Below, one piece after another: positions 8,321 through 21,139 of a stretch of 32,000 nt of DNA (the stretch's first letter is position 1; every line of letters begins with the position of its first letter). Position numbers and translations under genes: made by a program. The stretch covers positions 1,140,001 through 1,172,000 of the forward strand of contig NC_014148.1 in assembly GCF_000092105.1 (NCBI RefSeq), read 5' to 3'. The notes under the pieces are model-generated. The model ran no database searches. It was not told the origin of the DNA and saw nothing but the letters and a program-made list of their open reading frames with translations. The stretch is from Planctopirus limnophila DSM 3776 (lineage in GTDB: Bacteria; Planctomycetota; Planctomycetia; Planctomycetales; Planctomycetaceae).

Positions 8321-9883
8321 ATGTCGTATCACCTCATCGACGCAGTCGAGCGTCTGGGTTGCCCACGGTTACTGGTCGTTGGCGATCTCATTCTGGATCG
8401 TTACGTCTGGGGTGATGCCGAGCGGATCTCCCAGGAAGCTCCGGTCATTCTGCTGCATGAACAGCGTCAGGAACTTCGGCTGGGCGGTGCTGCGAACGTC
8501 GCCCAGATGGTCAAAGGACTCGATGCCGAAGTTACCTTGCTAAGCATCATTGGAGCTGATGAAGAAGGGCGGCAGGCCTGCCGCGAACTGGAACGACTCG
8601 ATATTGATTCCGGCTCGGTCTGTATCGATCCCTCCCGGCCAACGACGTTGAAAACACGCTACATGGGGAGTGCGCAGTACCGGCATCCTCATCAGATGTT
8701 GCGTGTCGATCGGGAAGTTCGCAATGCGATTGACTCTCAGTTGGCAAACCGATTGCTCAATCAGATTCTGCCCCATTTGAAAGACTTTCAGGCCATCCTG
8801 GTTTCCGATTACGGCAAAGGTCTGTGTACACAGGAGTTGCTTGAACCATTGATTGCGGCTGCTCGAAAGGCGGGAATTCCCGTCGTGGTCGATCCCGCCA
8901 GTCATGGAAAATGTGCCGCTTATCGCGGTGCCACATCCGTCACACCCAATCGCCTGGAAACCACGCGTGCCACGGGAGTTGAAGTGCGCACGGTGGAAGA
9001 TGCCTTCGTTGCCGGTAAAAAGCTCTGCGAACTGATGTCGCTCGATTACGCATTCGTGACGATGGATCGTGACGGAATTGCGCTGGTGCACAAGGATGGA
9101 ACTTCAGAACATCTTCCGACCCGGCCGCGCGAAGTCTGTGACATTACCGGCGCTGGCGATATGGTCATGGCCATGATTGGCGTGGGCTTGGGAGCCGGAT
9201 TGGCACCTGCCGATCTGGGGCGGCTGGCGAATGTCGCAGGCGGGCTCGAAGTCGAACAAATTGGTGTGGTCGCCATTTCGCGGGAAGAGATCCTCACCGA
9301 TCTCATGCGGACCCATCGACATGCCGAAGGAAAAATTCTGAACGTGCCGGCACTGCAACGGCATGTCAGTGCCCGGCAGAAGACTGGCCAGAAAGTTGTT
9401 TTCACCAATGGCTGTTTTGATCTGCTCCACGCCGGCCATGTCAGTTACCTGACGGAAGCGGCCTGCGAAGGCGAATGCCTGATTGTGGCGATCAATAGTG
9501 ATGACAGCGTCCGCCGACTGGGGAAAGCTCCCGATCGACCAATTTTCGATCAGGAGTATCGCGCCCGCATGCTGGCTGCACTGGAAGTCGTCGATTACGT
9601 CGTTGTCTTCGATGAAGATACCCCTCACGCCTTGCTGCATGCCTTGAAGCCCGATGTCCTGGTGAAGGGCGGTACTTACTCAGCCGAAGAAATTGTGGGC
9701 CGGGAGGTCGTGCTGGCTTACGGTGGAACTGTGAAGCCGATGGGGATGGTTGAAGGTCTTTCGACCACTCAGATCGTCCGCCGACTTCGCGAGCAGGATG
9801 CGACTGTGCTTTCGCTGGCGGCACATACTCAGGCAGTCGGTGCACCAGCATCGGCTGGTCATGTGGATCGGAAAGCGGCATGA
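8321..9883 (+). CDS. hldE: Bifunctional D-beta-D-heptose 7-phosphate kinase / D-beta-D-heptose 1-phosphate adenylyltransferase
   Basis: The N-terminal half is ribokinase-like (GGAANVA, DITGAGD). The C-terminal half is cytidylyltransferase-like (FTNGCFDLLHAGH, VAINSDDSV). The ATG at 8321 fits homology better than the TTG at 8282. The TGA stop overlaps the next ATG (ATGA at 9880-9883). Confidence 0.9.
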   Translation: MSYHLIDAVERLGCPRLLVVGDLILDRYVWGDAERISQEAPVILLHEQRQELRLGGAANVAQMVKGLDAEVTLLSIIGADEEGRQACRELERLDIDSGSVCIDPSRPTTLKTRYMGSAQYRHPHQMLRVDREVRNAIDSQLANRLLNQILPHLKDFQAILVSDYGKGLCTQELLEPLIAAARKAGIPVVVDPASHGKCAAYRGATSVTPNRLETTRATGVEVRTVEDAFVAGKKLCELMSLDYAFVTMDRDGIALVHKDGTSEHLPTRPREVCDITGAGDMVMAMIGVGLGAGLAPADLGRLANVAGGLEVEQIGVVAISREEILTDLMRTHRHAEGKILNVPALQRHVSARQKTGQKVVFTNGCFDLLHAGHVSYLTEAACEGECLIVAINSDDSVRRLGKAPDRPIFDQEYRARMLAALEVVDYVVVFDEDTPHALLHALKPDVLVKGGTYSAEEIVGREVVLAYGGTVKPMGMVEGLSTTQIVRRLREQDATVLSLAAHTQAVGAPASAGHVDRKAA

Positions 9884-10944
9884 AACGGGCCATTTTCATG
9901 CCCAATTGGGTCGGTGATGCGTTGATGGCCACACCGGCTTTGCGTGCCTTGAGATCGACGTTTCCGGGCGATGAAGCGGTCGCGATTCTGCAACCTTACG
10001 TGGCAGAGGTTCTCGCCGGCACAGGATTGGTGGATCGTCTGATTCTGCGCAGCAAAACATCGAAGCGTCTATCGGAGCACTCGCCGCCAGTTTTCTCGGG
10101 TTGGTCGCTGATTTCTCAATTAAGAAAAGAACGCTTCGACGAAGCGATTCTGTTTCCGAACTCATTGCACTCTGCGTGGCTGGGCTGGGCCGGTGGAGCC
10201 AGAAAGCGAATTGGCTTGAACCGGGATGGGAGGGGACTATTGCTCACGCAGCGCATTCCTTCCAGTAACAAGAAAATTCCTCATCCGGCGATGGAGGATT
10301 ATCTGCAGATTGTCGAAGCGGCCGGGGCCATGGTGCCTTTGCCCAGACAGGCACGCATGGAACTGGCATTAACGGAACCAGGCCAGTTCGCGTGGAAAGG
10401 TTTTCTCGCGAAGGAAGCCGCGATTTCCGCTGCACCAGGGATTGTGGCCTTCAATACGGGTGGTGCCTTTGGTGCTGCCAAAGACTGGCCGACAGAATCT
10501 TTCGTCGAGCTGGCCCGAAAAATCATCAACTCGACAGAGTACGCCGTTGTTGTGCTCTGTGGCCCGGCAGAGAAAGAGAAAAGCATCGAAATTGAGTCGC
10601 GTGTGAACGATCTTCGCGTGCGGTCCTTAGGGCGCGAGTCACTCTCATTGTCGCTGACGAAATCGGCGATTGCCGGTTCCAGGATGCTGATTACCACCGA
10701 TTCAGGCCCCCGGCATTTTGCCGCTGCCTTGAATGTGCCCCATGTCGTTCTCTTTGGCCCGACCCATCAGGCCTGGAGTGAAACATGGTCGCCCCTGTCG
10801 ACTTCGATTCAACTCGCCATGCTCTGCGGCCCCTGCCAGAAGCGAGTTTGCCCACTGGGGCATCATGATTGCATGCGTCTGCTCAAGGTTGATCTCGTCT
10901 GGCGAGAAATCCAGCGGCAATTATCTCAGCGGAAGGCTGCTTAG
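9880..10944 (+). CDS. waaF: ADP-heptose:LPS heptosyltransferase (GT9), WaaF-like
   Basis: The N-terminus MPNWVGDALMATPALRAL resembles WaaF PSWVGDMMM. The C-terminal TTDSGPRHFAAALNVPHVVLFGPT resembles TNDSGLMHVAAAL..P.V.LYGP. It is translationally coupled to hldE. WaaF versus WaaC is not certain. Confidence 0.8.
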   Translation: MKRAIFMPNWVGDALMATPALRALRSTFPGDEAVAILQPYVAEVLAGTGLVDRLILRSKTSKRLSEHSPPVFSGWSLISQLRKERFDEAILFPNSLHSAWLGWAGGARKRIGLNRDGRGLLLTQRIPSSNKKIPHPAMEDYLQIVEAAGAMVPLPRQARMELALTEPGQFAWKGFLAKEAAISAAPGIVAFNTGGAFGAAKDWPTESFVELARKIINSTEYAVVVLCGPAEKEKSIEIESRVNDLRVRSLGRESLSLSLTKSAIAGSRMLITTDSGPRHFAAALNVPHVVLFGPTHQAWSETWSPLSTSIQLAMLCGPCQKRVCPLGHHDCMRLLKVDLVWREIQRQLSQRKAA

Positions 10945-10957
10945 AAGGAGAGGCAAA

Positions 10958-12103
10958 ATGCGGATTGCACTCGTCCGTCGCGTTTGCTCGCTGAAAAAAG
11001 CAGGGGCCGAAAGGTACTGCATCAATCTCATGCGGCAACTCAGGGCCAAAGGGCACGAAGTCACCATCGTGGGAGAGTCGATGGATGATTCCCTGAAGGC
11101 TGAAGCTGCTCACTTAAAGGTGCCTGTTTCGAAGTGGACTTCCTGGACCAAAAACCTGAGCCTCGCCCGCAATGCAAGGAAGGTCTTTGCCAATCAGGGC
11201 TTCGATATTGTGCATGGGCTTTCTCGTGTCTATGGCCTCGACACTTATCGGCTCACTGACCCGCTGCAGACGCATTGGCTTAAAGTCTTTTATCGGGGCA
11301 AGATGCAGCAGTTCCTGCAAAGGTTGAATCCCAGACATCGCACCATTTTAAGAATAGAGAAGCAGCTCTTCGGGCCAGATGGCCCCAGACGCATCATCGT
11401 CCAGTCAAAACTCGATGAGAGGCTGCTCAAGGAGTATTTTGACGTCGATCCCAAGCGTCTTTGCCGTGTCACCAATGGGGTCGATACAAAGAACTTTCAT
11501 CCCGATTATCAGCATGAACGGCTGGCAGTGCGGGCTGAGTGGAAGATTCCTGATGAAGCGCCGCTGCTGACGTTTGCTTCGATGGATTTCCGCCGCAAAG
11601 GTCTTTCGCGATTGCTCCAGGCCATGTCGATTGCCCGAACGAGCGGAATGTGGCTGATGGTCATTGGTGACGGGGATATTGCCCGATTCAAGGCCCTGGC
11701 GGCCTCTATGAATCTGGCTGATCGACTGGTGTTTACGGGTCGCCAGCAGGCCATTGCCAGGCTCTATGCTGCCAGCGACCTGTTTGTCCTGCCCACAATT
11801 TATGAACCCTTTCCGAATGTGAATCTTGAAGCCATGGCGTGTGGCATTCCTGTGATCACGACGGCAACGGCTGGCGGGGCGGATGCGATTGAACCAGCGA
11901 TCAATGGCTATGTCATTGCCTCACCAGACGATGTCGAGTGTCTGGCTGATCGTATTGATTTTCACTTCGGTCGTGGAGAGACACAGTTACGACTGATGTC
12001 GGCCGCCGCTCGTTCGACAGCCCTGCGTTACACGCCCGAAGCGAACGCTGAACAGACATTGGCCGTCTTTCAAGAGGTGCTCAGTGAAAAAGCGGCCGCT
12101 TGA
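10958..12103 (+). CDS. Glycosyltransferase family 4 (GT-B, WaaG/RfaG-like)
   Basis: ATG at 10958 with AAGGAG 7 nt upstream. N-terminus MRIALV...GGAERY. E-x7-E motif EPFPNVNLEAMACGIPVITT. The ORF-track start at 10733 overlaps waaF by 212 nt and is rejected. Confidence 0.85.
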   Translation: MRIALVRRVCSLKKAGAERYCINLMRQLRAKGHEVTIVGESMDDSLKAEAAHLKVPVSKWTSWTKNLSLARNARKVFANQGFDIVHGLSRVYGLDTYRLTDPLQTHWLKVFYRGKMQQFLQRLNPRHRTILRIEKQLFGPDGPRRIIVQSKLDERLLKEYFDVDPKRLCRVTNGVDTKNFHPDYQHERLAVRAEWKIPDEAPLLTFASMDFRRKGLSRLLQAMSIARTSGMWLMVIGDGDIARFKALAASMNLADRLVFTGRQQAIARLYAASDLFVLPTIYEPFPNVNLEAMACGIPVITTATAGGADAIEPAINGYVIASPDDVECLADRIDFHFGRGETQLRLMSAAARSTALRYTPEANAEQTLAVFQEVLSEKAAA

Positions 12104-12890
12104 AGTTCATGATGCCGGTCGAGTCGAGATTTTCGCGGAAGATGCCCCACTCTTTCGAGAACATGGTCTGCTTTCGGCAGAGTCGTTATGGCATCTCTCC
12201 AGCGAGACCGCCAAGAATCTGCGAGCCGAACGCGTCACCAGTCGGTTTGAACTCCAGCAGGCTGATGGAACTCTCCGCAGGTTTTACATCAAGCGGCATT
12301 CTCCCAGCTCACTTAAAGAATGGATTAAACCCCTTCTGAGAGGTCAGTGGCCACAATTAGGCGCACAGCATGAGTGGGAAGCCTTGTGGCTGTTTGTTGA
12401 GCATCAACTGCCGACCATGCAGCCGGTGGCTCTGTTTCGGCATGGACGATACAGCGGCCTTATCACGCGCAGTCTCGAAGGATCCGTTAAACTCTCGGAA
12501 CTTTATCGGCGGCAGCAACTTTCGGCACCACAGGAGCAGCTTCTGCTTGAAAATGTGGCCCGACTCACAGCCCGGATGCATGGCCAGGGATTTCATCATC
12601 AGGATTACTATCTGGGCCATTTAATGGTTCCTGAAGCGGATTTAACAGCCACGCCGTGGATCATCGATCTGGGGCGAGTTCGCCATTGCCGAAAACTGGC
12701 CCGTCGCTGGATTGTGAAAGATCTTGCCCAACTCAATTACAGTGCATCGCAGATCTCCGGGCTCATGCGTCTGCGTTTTCTCAAGCTGTATCTGGGCCGA
12801 TCATTCGGTCAACACGATCTCAGCCTCATCCGTTCGATCATGGCCAAGACCAGTCGAATTGCCAGACATTCCCGCAAGAACCAGCTTTGA
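12084..12890 (+). CDS. Lipopolysaccharide kinase (Kdo/WaaP/InaA family)
   Basis: Kinase-fold catalytic region HGQGFHHQDYYLGHLMV ... WIIDLGRV, typical of the LPS-kinase family. GTG start with AGAGG 6 nt upstream. It overlaps the GT4 stop by 20 nt. Confidence 0.7.
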   Translation: MKKRPLEVHDAGRVEIFAEDAPLFREHGLLSAESLWHLSSETAKNLRAERVTSRFELQQADGTLRRFYIKRHSPSSLKEWIKPLLRGQWPQLGAQHEWEALWLFVEHQLPTMQPVALFRHGRYSGLITRSLEGSVKLSELYRRQQLSAPQEQLLLENVARLTARMHGQGFHHQDYYLGHLMVPEADLTATPWIIDLGRVRHCRKLARRWIVKDLAQLNYSASQISGLMRLRFLKLYLGRSFGQHDLSLIRSIMAKTSRIARHSRKNQL

Positions 12891-12913
12891 TGCCAGGTGA
12901 TCTGAAGCTTCTT

Positions 12914-13080
12914 TGTGCCATGCTTGCGGCTCTGAGCAAGCATGCTGGACGGACTCTCAAAGCCTCATGGATACCTGGGAACCGTAGTACATTCAGGCCT
13001 TCTTCAAGAAATTTCCCAAGAGATAACGGCGCTGTATTGGTCGCGAAAACATGCTTGCCCAGAGCTGCAAGCATGGCACA
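12914..13080. repeat. Pair of 31-nt inverted repeats, each itself a 9-bp hairpin, separated by 105 nt
   Basis: The reverse complement of TGTGCCATGCTTGCGGCTCTGAGCAAGCATG (12914-12944) matches CATGCTTGCCCAGAGCTGCAAGCATGGCACA (13050-13080) at 29 of 31 positions. Each copy contains CATGCTTGC / GCAAGCATG arms. Confidence 0.7.
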
Positions 13081-13184
13081 CAGCCGTCAACGATCAGAGT
13101 CCAATGATCCGGGGGCAACCGAGGACGTTTGACCCCGGCCAGCCGGCCGAAAGTGTATTTCGGAATATCTCTACGAGGGCAACG

Positions 13185-13218
13185 AAAAATCCCCAGCGAC
13201 ATTCTTGTCACTGGGGAT
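13185..13218 (-). terminator. Probable rho-independent terminator of the 13250-16669 gene
   Basis: 8-bp stem ATCCCCAG (13189-13196) / CTGGGGAT (13211-13218). On the minus strand it is followed by TTTT (complement of A13185-13188). It lies about 30 nt past the stop. Confidence 0.5.
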
Positions 13219-13249
13219 CATTGTCTGACTCATTTCAGATCACGGCAAA

Positions 13250-16669
<3,420 letters not shown>

Positions 16670-17183
16670 GCGTATTGTCCTGCAATTCACGAAAGGTGAT
16701 TTCTCATCGTGGCGACATCACTCGAATCCACTCTGCTTACAGAAAGAACCTGTTTGCAGAGCATCAACTGTTCAATAACCGTCAATTCTGTTTCGAGATT
16801 CTGTCATAAAAAGTCAGAAGTTACCATTTTCGTGGCAAATGATTCCAACTTCATGAATGAATCTCGGTCGATGACCACTGACGATTATTGTTATTTTGGG
16901 AAAGTTGTAATTGGGGAGTAAAAACCAGGCGGGTTGATATCAAGAAAATTCCATGTGACAGTTTGCCAGACGAGCCTGTGCGAAAGCAATCACGAATGTT
17001 TGAATGTCTGATGGATCAAGGCCGGATTTTCTGACGCCCCTTCTGCCAATTGCCTCCCTGAATCAATTAACATTTCCTTCTGTACGAGACTTTTCCAGTA
17101 AACGTGATGAGAAAACGAGCAAAATTGCGCGACTGCGATTTCCCGGCCTGTTGCAGGCGGTATGAACTTTCCAGAATACGAGT

Positions 17184-19277
17184 ATGGAAGATCTCACCCA
17201 AAAACTTCAGCAAGCCTTACAGCTCGCCTCCCGAGCACTGCTGAATGAGCGTGTGCGACCTGGCCTGGCCCATTGGGAAGGCGAACTCTCGACCTCGGCA
17301 TTATCCACAGCCACAGCTGTAATGGCCTTGTTTCAGTATGCCAAATGCCAACAGGCCAGTGGGCGTCTGCAAAAGGTGTTCGATGGGAAGTCTGAAGGCG
17401 ACTGGCGACTGATCGAACAAGGTCTGGCGTGGCTCCTTCAGCATCAGCTGGCCGACGGCGGCTGGGGCGATACTGACAAAAGTATCTCGAACATCAGTAC
17501 CACCATGCTCGCCCATGCCACGCTGGTCGCTTGCCGGGAAGCTGTCAGACAAAAAAGTCTGGTGCTGAACGCCAGCGATATCGACGCCGCCATTGAGCGG
17601 AGTGGCCGATTGATCGAAGAGTTGGGGGGCATTCAGGCGATTCGTGATCGATACGGGAAAGATCACACGTTTTCAGTCCCTATCCTGACCCATGCGGCAC
17701 TGGCTGGGCTGGTGTCATGGAATGAGATCCCCGCACTCCCTTATGAACTGGCACTGTTGCCGCATCGCTTTTTCGAGGTCATTCAGCTCCCGGTCGTTTC
17801 GTATGCCTTACCCGCTCTGATTGCGATCGGGCAGACGCTGCATTTGAGGCAGCGCACGTGGAACCCGTGGTGGTGGGTGCGGCGAGCCGCCATTCCGGGC
17901 ACATTGCAGAAATTGCAGAGTATTCAGCCGGAAAGTGGAGGTTTTCTCGAAGCGACTCCACTGACGAGTTTCGTCACGATGTGCCTAGCGAGTGTCGGAC
18001 GTGTCGATCATCCCGTCACACAGGCAGGGCTTAAGTTTATTCGTGATTCCGTCCGGCCCGATGGAAGCTGGCCCATCGATACCAATCTGGCCACGTGGGT
18101 CACCACACTTTCGATCAATCATCTGGGGGCTGAGGCCTTTTCGTCGGACGAGCGTGAAGCTCTGATGCGCTGGTTGTTACAGCAGCAGTATCGAACTATG
18201 CACCCCTATACGAATGCTGCTCCCGGCGGATGGGCCTGGACGAATCTTTCGGGGGGTGTTCCCGATGCTGACGATACCCCCGGAGCCATGCTGGCTCTGA
18301 TGGAACTCGACCGGGTTTCTGTTTCCTCGCAAGAGAGTCTTTCGATTGAACAGGCCCTCTATCAGGCTGCGCTGTGGCTGATCAAGCTGCAGAATCGCGA
18401 TGGTGGCTGGCCGACTTTCTGCCGAGGTTGGGGAGCACTCCCTTTTGACCGCAGTTCGAATGATATCACTGCCCATTGCCTGCGGGCGCTGATTCAATAT
18501 GAACGCAGGCTCAATGACGTCACTGTTGATGCCACTGGCGATACCACTTCCAGACCACTCGCAGTCGAAGTGCCATCCCCAAAGTTGCGAGAGCAGATGC
18601 AGCGAAGCATTCAGCAAGGCTTTGAGTATCTCGAAAAGACGCAGCGGGAAGATGGGTCTTGGCTGCCATTATGGTTTGGCAATCAGCACAGCCCCGATGA
18701 TGAAAACCCCTTGTACGGCACGGCACGAGTGCTCCTGGCCTATGCTGATGCCGGTCTTGAAGGAAGCTCGGCAGCTTTACGCGGCTGTGACTGGCTGGTG
18801 AGACATCAACATGCGGATGGTGCCTGGGGGCCCGGTACATCCATAGAAACTGCTGATACCTCCGATGCCGAGTCCGATGTCGAAGGAGAACCCGCGAGTA
18901 TCGAAGAGACGGCTCTCGCCTTGATGGCTCTTTGTCGCTTCGACGCTACTCATAACGTCCTGCATCGCGGCGCTTCGTGGCTCATTACAAAGGTTGAAAA
19001 CGAGACCTGGCGCGAACCGACGCCGATTGGTTTTTACTTTGCAAAACTCTGGTACTACGAAAAACTCTATCCGCAGGTCTTTACGGTCGGTGCACTCAAA
19101 GCTCTGGCACTGCGACTGGGTTCAGCGTTGACGACAGTCTCGGAGAATGAACCTGCTCCCAGTTCTGCGGAACCACCGATTCCGCCCATTGCGACTGATC
19201 GAGTGGCTGACTCAATGCATCTTCAGCGAACATCACCTTCGATCAATCTAGCGAATGGGGGCATCACCCTGGCTTGA
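17184..19277 (+). CDS. shc: Squalene-hopene cyclase (class II triterpene cyclase)
   Basis: Catalytic DxDD motif in GGVPDADDTPGAML. Multiple QW-type repeats (QLADGGWG, RPDGSWP, QNRDGGWP, QREDGSWL, QHADGAWG). GTARVLLAY is also present. It has a roughly 50-aa Pro/Ser-rich C-terminal tail. Confidence 0.9.
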   Translation: MEDLTQKLQQALQLASRALLNERVRPGLAHWEGELSTSALSTATAVMALFQYAKCQQASGRLQKVFDGKSEGDWRLIEQGLAWLLQHQLADGGWGDTDKSISNISTTMLAHATLVACREAVRQKSLVLNASDIDAAIERSGRLIEELGGIQAIRDRYGKDHTFSVPILTHAALAGLVSWNEIPALPYELALLPHRFFEVIQLPVVSYALPALIAIGQTLHLRQRTWNPWWWVRRAAIPGTLQKLQSIQPESGGFLEATPLTSFVTMCLASVGRVDHPVTQAGLKFIRDSVRPDGSWPIDTNLATWVTTLSINHLGAEAFSSDEREALMRWLLQQQYRTMHPYTNAAPGGWAWTNLSGGVPDADDTPGAMLALMELDRVSVSSQESLSIEQALYQAALWLIKLQNRDGGWPTFCRGWGALPFDRSSNDITAHCLRALIQYERRLNDVTVDATGDTTSRPLAVEVPSPKLREQMQRSIQQGFEYLEKTQREDGSWLPLWFGNQHSPDDENPLYGTARVLLAYADAGLEGSSAALRGCDWLVRHQHADGAWGPGTSIETADTSDAESDVEGEPASIEETALALMALCRFDATHNVLHRGASWLITKVENETWREPTPIGFYFAKLWYYEKLYPQVFTVGALKALALRLGSALTTVSENEPAPSSAEPPIPPIATDRVADSMHLQRTSPSINLANGGITLA

Positions 19278-19288
19278 GAGCGTCTCGA

Positions 19289-19813
19289 ATGAAATCATAT
19301 CGCCATGTGGGTTCAATGATCCGCTGGCTGCAGTTCCTGCTGTTGTTGGTCGTGTGCTGGATGGTCATGACGTTCACACATGAAGTTGGTCACATTCTGG
19401 CGGGGTGGGTGGCCGGTGGGCATTTGCACTCGGCCGATTTACGCCCCTGGCACCTTCCACAAAGCCACTTTGAGCCCAACCCTCATCCCCTGATCACTCT
19501 CTGGGGTGTCCCGTTGTTAGGCATTGCCATCCCGGTGCTGATCGCAGTCATCGTGCGGCATCGACTGGCCTGGATGATTGCTCACTTCTGTATCCTCAGT
19601 AATGGGATTTATCTGGCTGTCGCGTGGTACACAGGAGACAGCCACCTCGATACCGCGAGACTCTTTGCGGCGGGCAGTTCGCCAGTGATTGTCGGTATTT
19701 ACTGTGCGCTCACCATCAGCACCGGCTATCTGCGCTTCCGGAGAGATTGTATCAACTTTATAAGTGATGCACCGACAAACGAACGGAAGAAAACACATGC
19801 TCAGTCACAGTGA
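19289..19813 (+). CDS. Small polytopic membrane protein with an intramembrane HExxH motif (M50/S2P-like metalloprotease fold suspected)
   Basis: The sequence THEVGHILAGWVAGG lies at the end of the first TM helix, and a later TGDSHLDTARL may supply the third metal ligand. There are 4-5 hydrophobic helices. The ATG at 19289 is 11 nt after the shc stop, and an alternative TTG at 19274 overlaps it (TTGA). Confidence 0.5.
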   Translation: MKSYRHVGSMIRWLQFLLLLVVCWMVMTFTHEVGHILAGWVAGGHLHSADLRPWHLPQSHFEPNPHPLITLWGVPLLGIAIPVLIAVIVRHRLAWMIAHFCILSNGIYLAVAWYTGDSHLDTARLFAAGSSPVIVGIYCALTISTGYLRFRRDCINFISDAPTNERKKTHAQSQ

Positions 19814-21045
19814 GATGTGTTACCAATTCCCGTCAGTTTTTTGAATTTCTCGTTCGGCGTGCTGATGACTTTTCCTGCTGGTGTCAGTTCATGCACGATC
19901 CAGGCGGCTGCCGGGTGATGTTGCATGAGGCGGGCTCCTTTTTCGTGGCCGAGAATGCATAGGGTCGTGTCCAAGCCATCGGCATCGATGCCATGTGGTG
20001 CAATCACGGTCGCTTGAATCTGCCGCGTGAGACCCATTCCAGTGGCAGGGTCGAGGATATGGGAGTAGCGCACGCCGTCGATCTCCAGGAACTGAAATTC
20101 GTCGCCCGCTGTCGAGACACAACAGTTTGACAGATAAACGACAGGAGAATCTGGTTCTTCTGAGTTTGCTGCGCCCAAGTTCTTGACCGGCGTTGAACTC
20201 TCGACATTTTCAGCAGAGGCCGTGCGAAACTTCGGGATTGGCATGAGAACTTTCCAGCCCGATGTTTTTTGAGGACTCGATGAAGCAGCGTCTGGTGATG
20301 GAGGAGCATCCCCCAGTGCCAGATCACCACTGACGGCGACGGCAGAAATTGGCAGTCCTTCGTGTTGCAGGATCTTTAGTGCCTCTTCGGCTACATATCC
20401 CTTGGCGATGCCGCCAAAGTCGATCTGCATCCCGGGCTTAAGCAGCCGCACCATGTTGCCGTCCGGCGAGAGGCAGACGTTCTGCCAGCCCATCGACTCG
20501 CGGGCTGCGGCAATCTGCGTGGGTGTCGGTAAACTCTGCTTGCGGCGTGCCCGGCGCCACTGTTTCACCAGTTGACCGATCGTGACATCAAAGGCACCGT
20601 CCGATTCACGGGCCAGACGGACCGACGCCTGCAGGCAAGTTGAGAGATCCTTTGAGATGGGCACAAACTCGGCATGAGGGGCACTGGCACAGAGCCTCAT
20701 CACTTCGCTCTGGGGATCGTAATCACTCAAAATGCTGTTGAGTTCATCAATCCGGGGCCAGACTTTGGCAAAGGCCGTTTTCGCACGAGTTTCGTCGGGA
20801 GCGTAAGTCTGCAGGACGACATCGACACCCAGCCGAATGGCCCGGTCAGAGAACAACTTCAAGGGGGGCGAGGCGGGTGTTTCCTCGGCATAGGTTCTTC
20901 GGTCATCCAGGCAGGTGAAGCCAATTGGCAGAAGCCATGCAAGAAGTGCCAGAACCTGCCAGGCGTGCCTCGATATCTGATGAGAGCGCGGCGTAAAAGC
21001 TGACGTTGAGGCGACTATCACTGATGTTCTCCGATGCTTTGTCAC
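19801..21045 (-). CDS. apbE: FAD:protein FMN transferase (ApbE family)
   Basis: Motifs DFGGIAKGY, VSTAGDEFQF and YSHILDPATG. It has an N-terminal hydrophobic anchor or signal and a roughly 30-aa low-complexity insert. The GTG start lacks a clear SD. The 3' end overlaps the convergent HExxH gene by 13 nt. Confidence 0.9.
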   Translation of the reverse strand: MTKHRRTSVIVASTSAFTPRSHQISRHAWQVLALLAWLLPIGFTCLDDRRTYAEETPASPPLKLFSDRAIRLGVDVVLQTYAPDETRAKTAFAKVWPRIDELNSILSDYDPQSEVMRLCASAPHAEFVPISKDLSTCLQASVRLARESDGAFDVTIGQLVKQWRRARRKQSLPTPTQIAAARESMGWQNVCLSPDGNMVRLLKPGMQIDFGGIAKGYVAEEALKILQHEGLPISAVAVSGDLALGDAPPSPDAASSSPQKTSGWKVLMPIPKFRTASAENVESSTPVKNLGAANSEEPDSPVVYLSNCCVSTAGDEFQFLEIDGVRYSHILDPATGMGLTRQIQATVIAPHGIDADGLDTTLCILGHEKGARLMQHHPAAAWIVHELTPAGKVISTPNEKFKKLTGIGNTSHCD

Positions 21046-21088
21046 CCGGATGGAAGTGACGAGCGGCCTTGAGTTGCAGTCGTTTCGA

Positions 21089-21129
21089 GTTCAATTCCCG
21101 GGTTCAATTTCCGGATTCAATTCTCTTGG
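21089..21129. repeat. Three tandem imperfect ~13-nt repeats (GTTCAATTCCCGG / GTTCAATTTCCGG / ATTCAATTCTCTTGG)
   Basis: Read directly from the apbE / FGE-like divergent intergenic region. The array ends 10 nt before a TTGACA hexamer. Confidence 0.7.
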
Positions 21130-21139
21130 CAGGAAGGTT

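Noticed and set aside
16709-16921. 70-aa ORF (GTG start) in the AT-rich divergent promoter region between the large dehydrogenase gene and shc
   Set aside because: It has no SD, a Cys/Ser/Asn-rich non-protein-like composition, and lies in a likely promoter region. Nothing supports coding.
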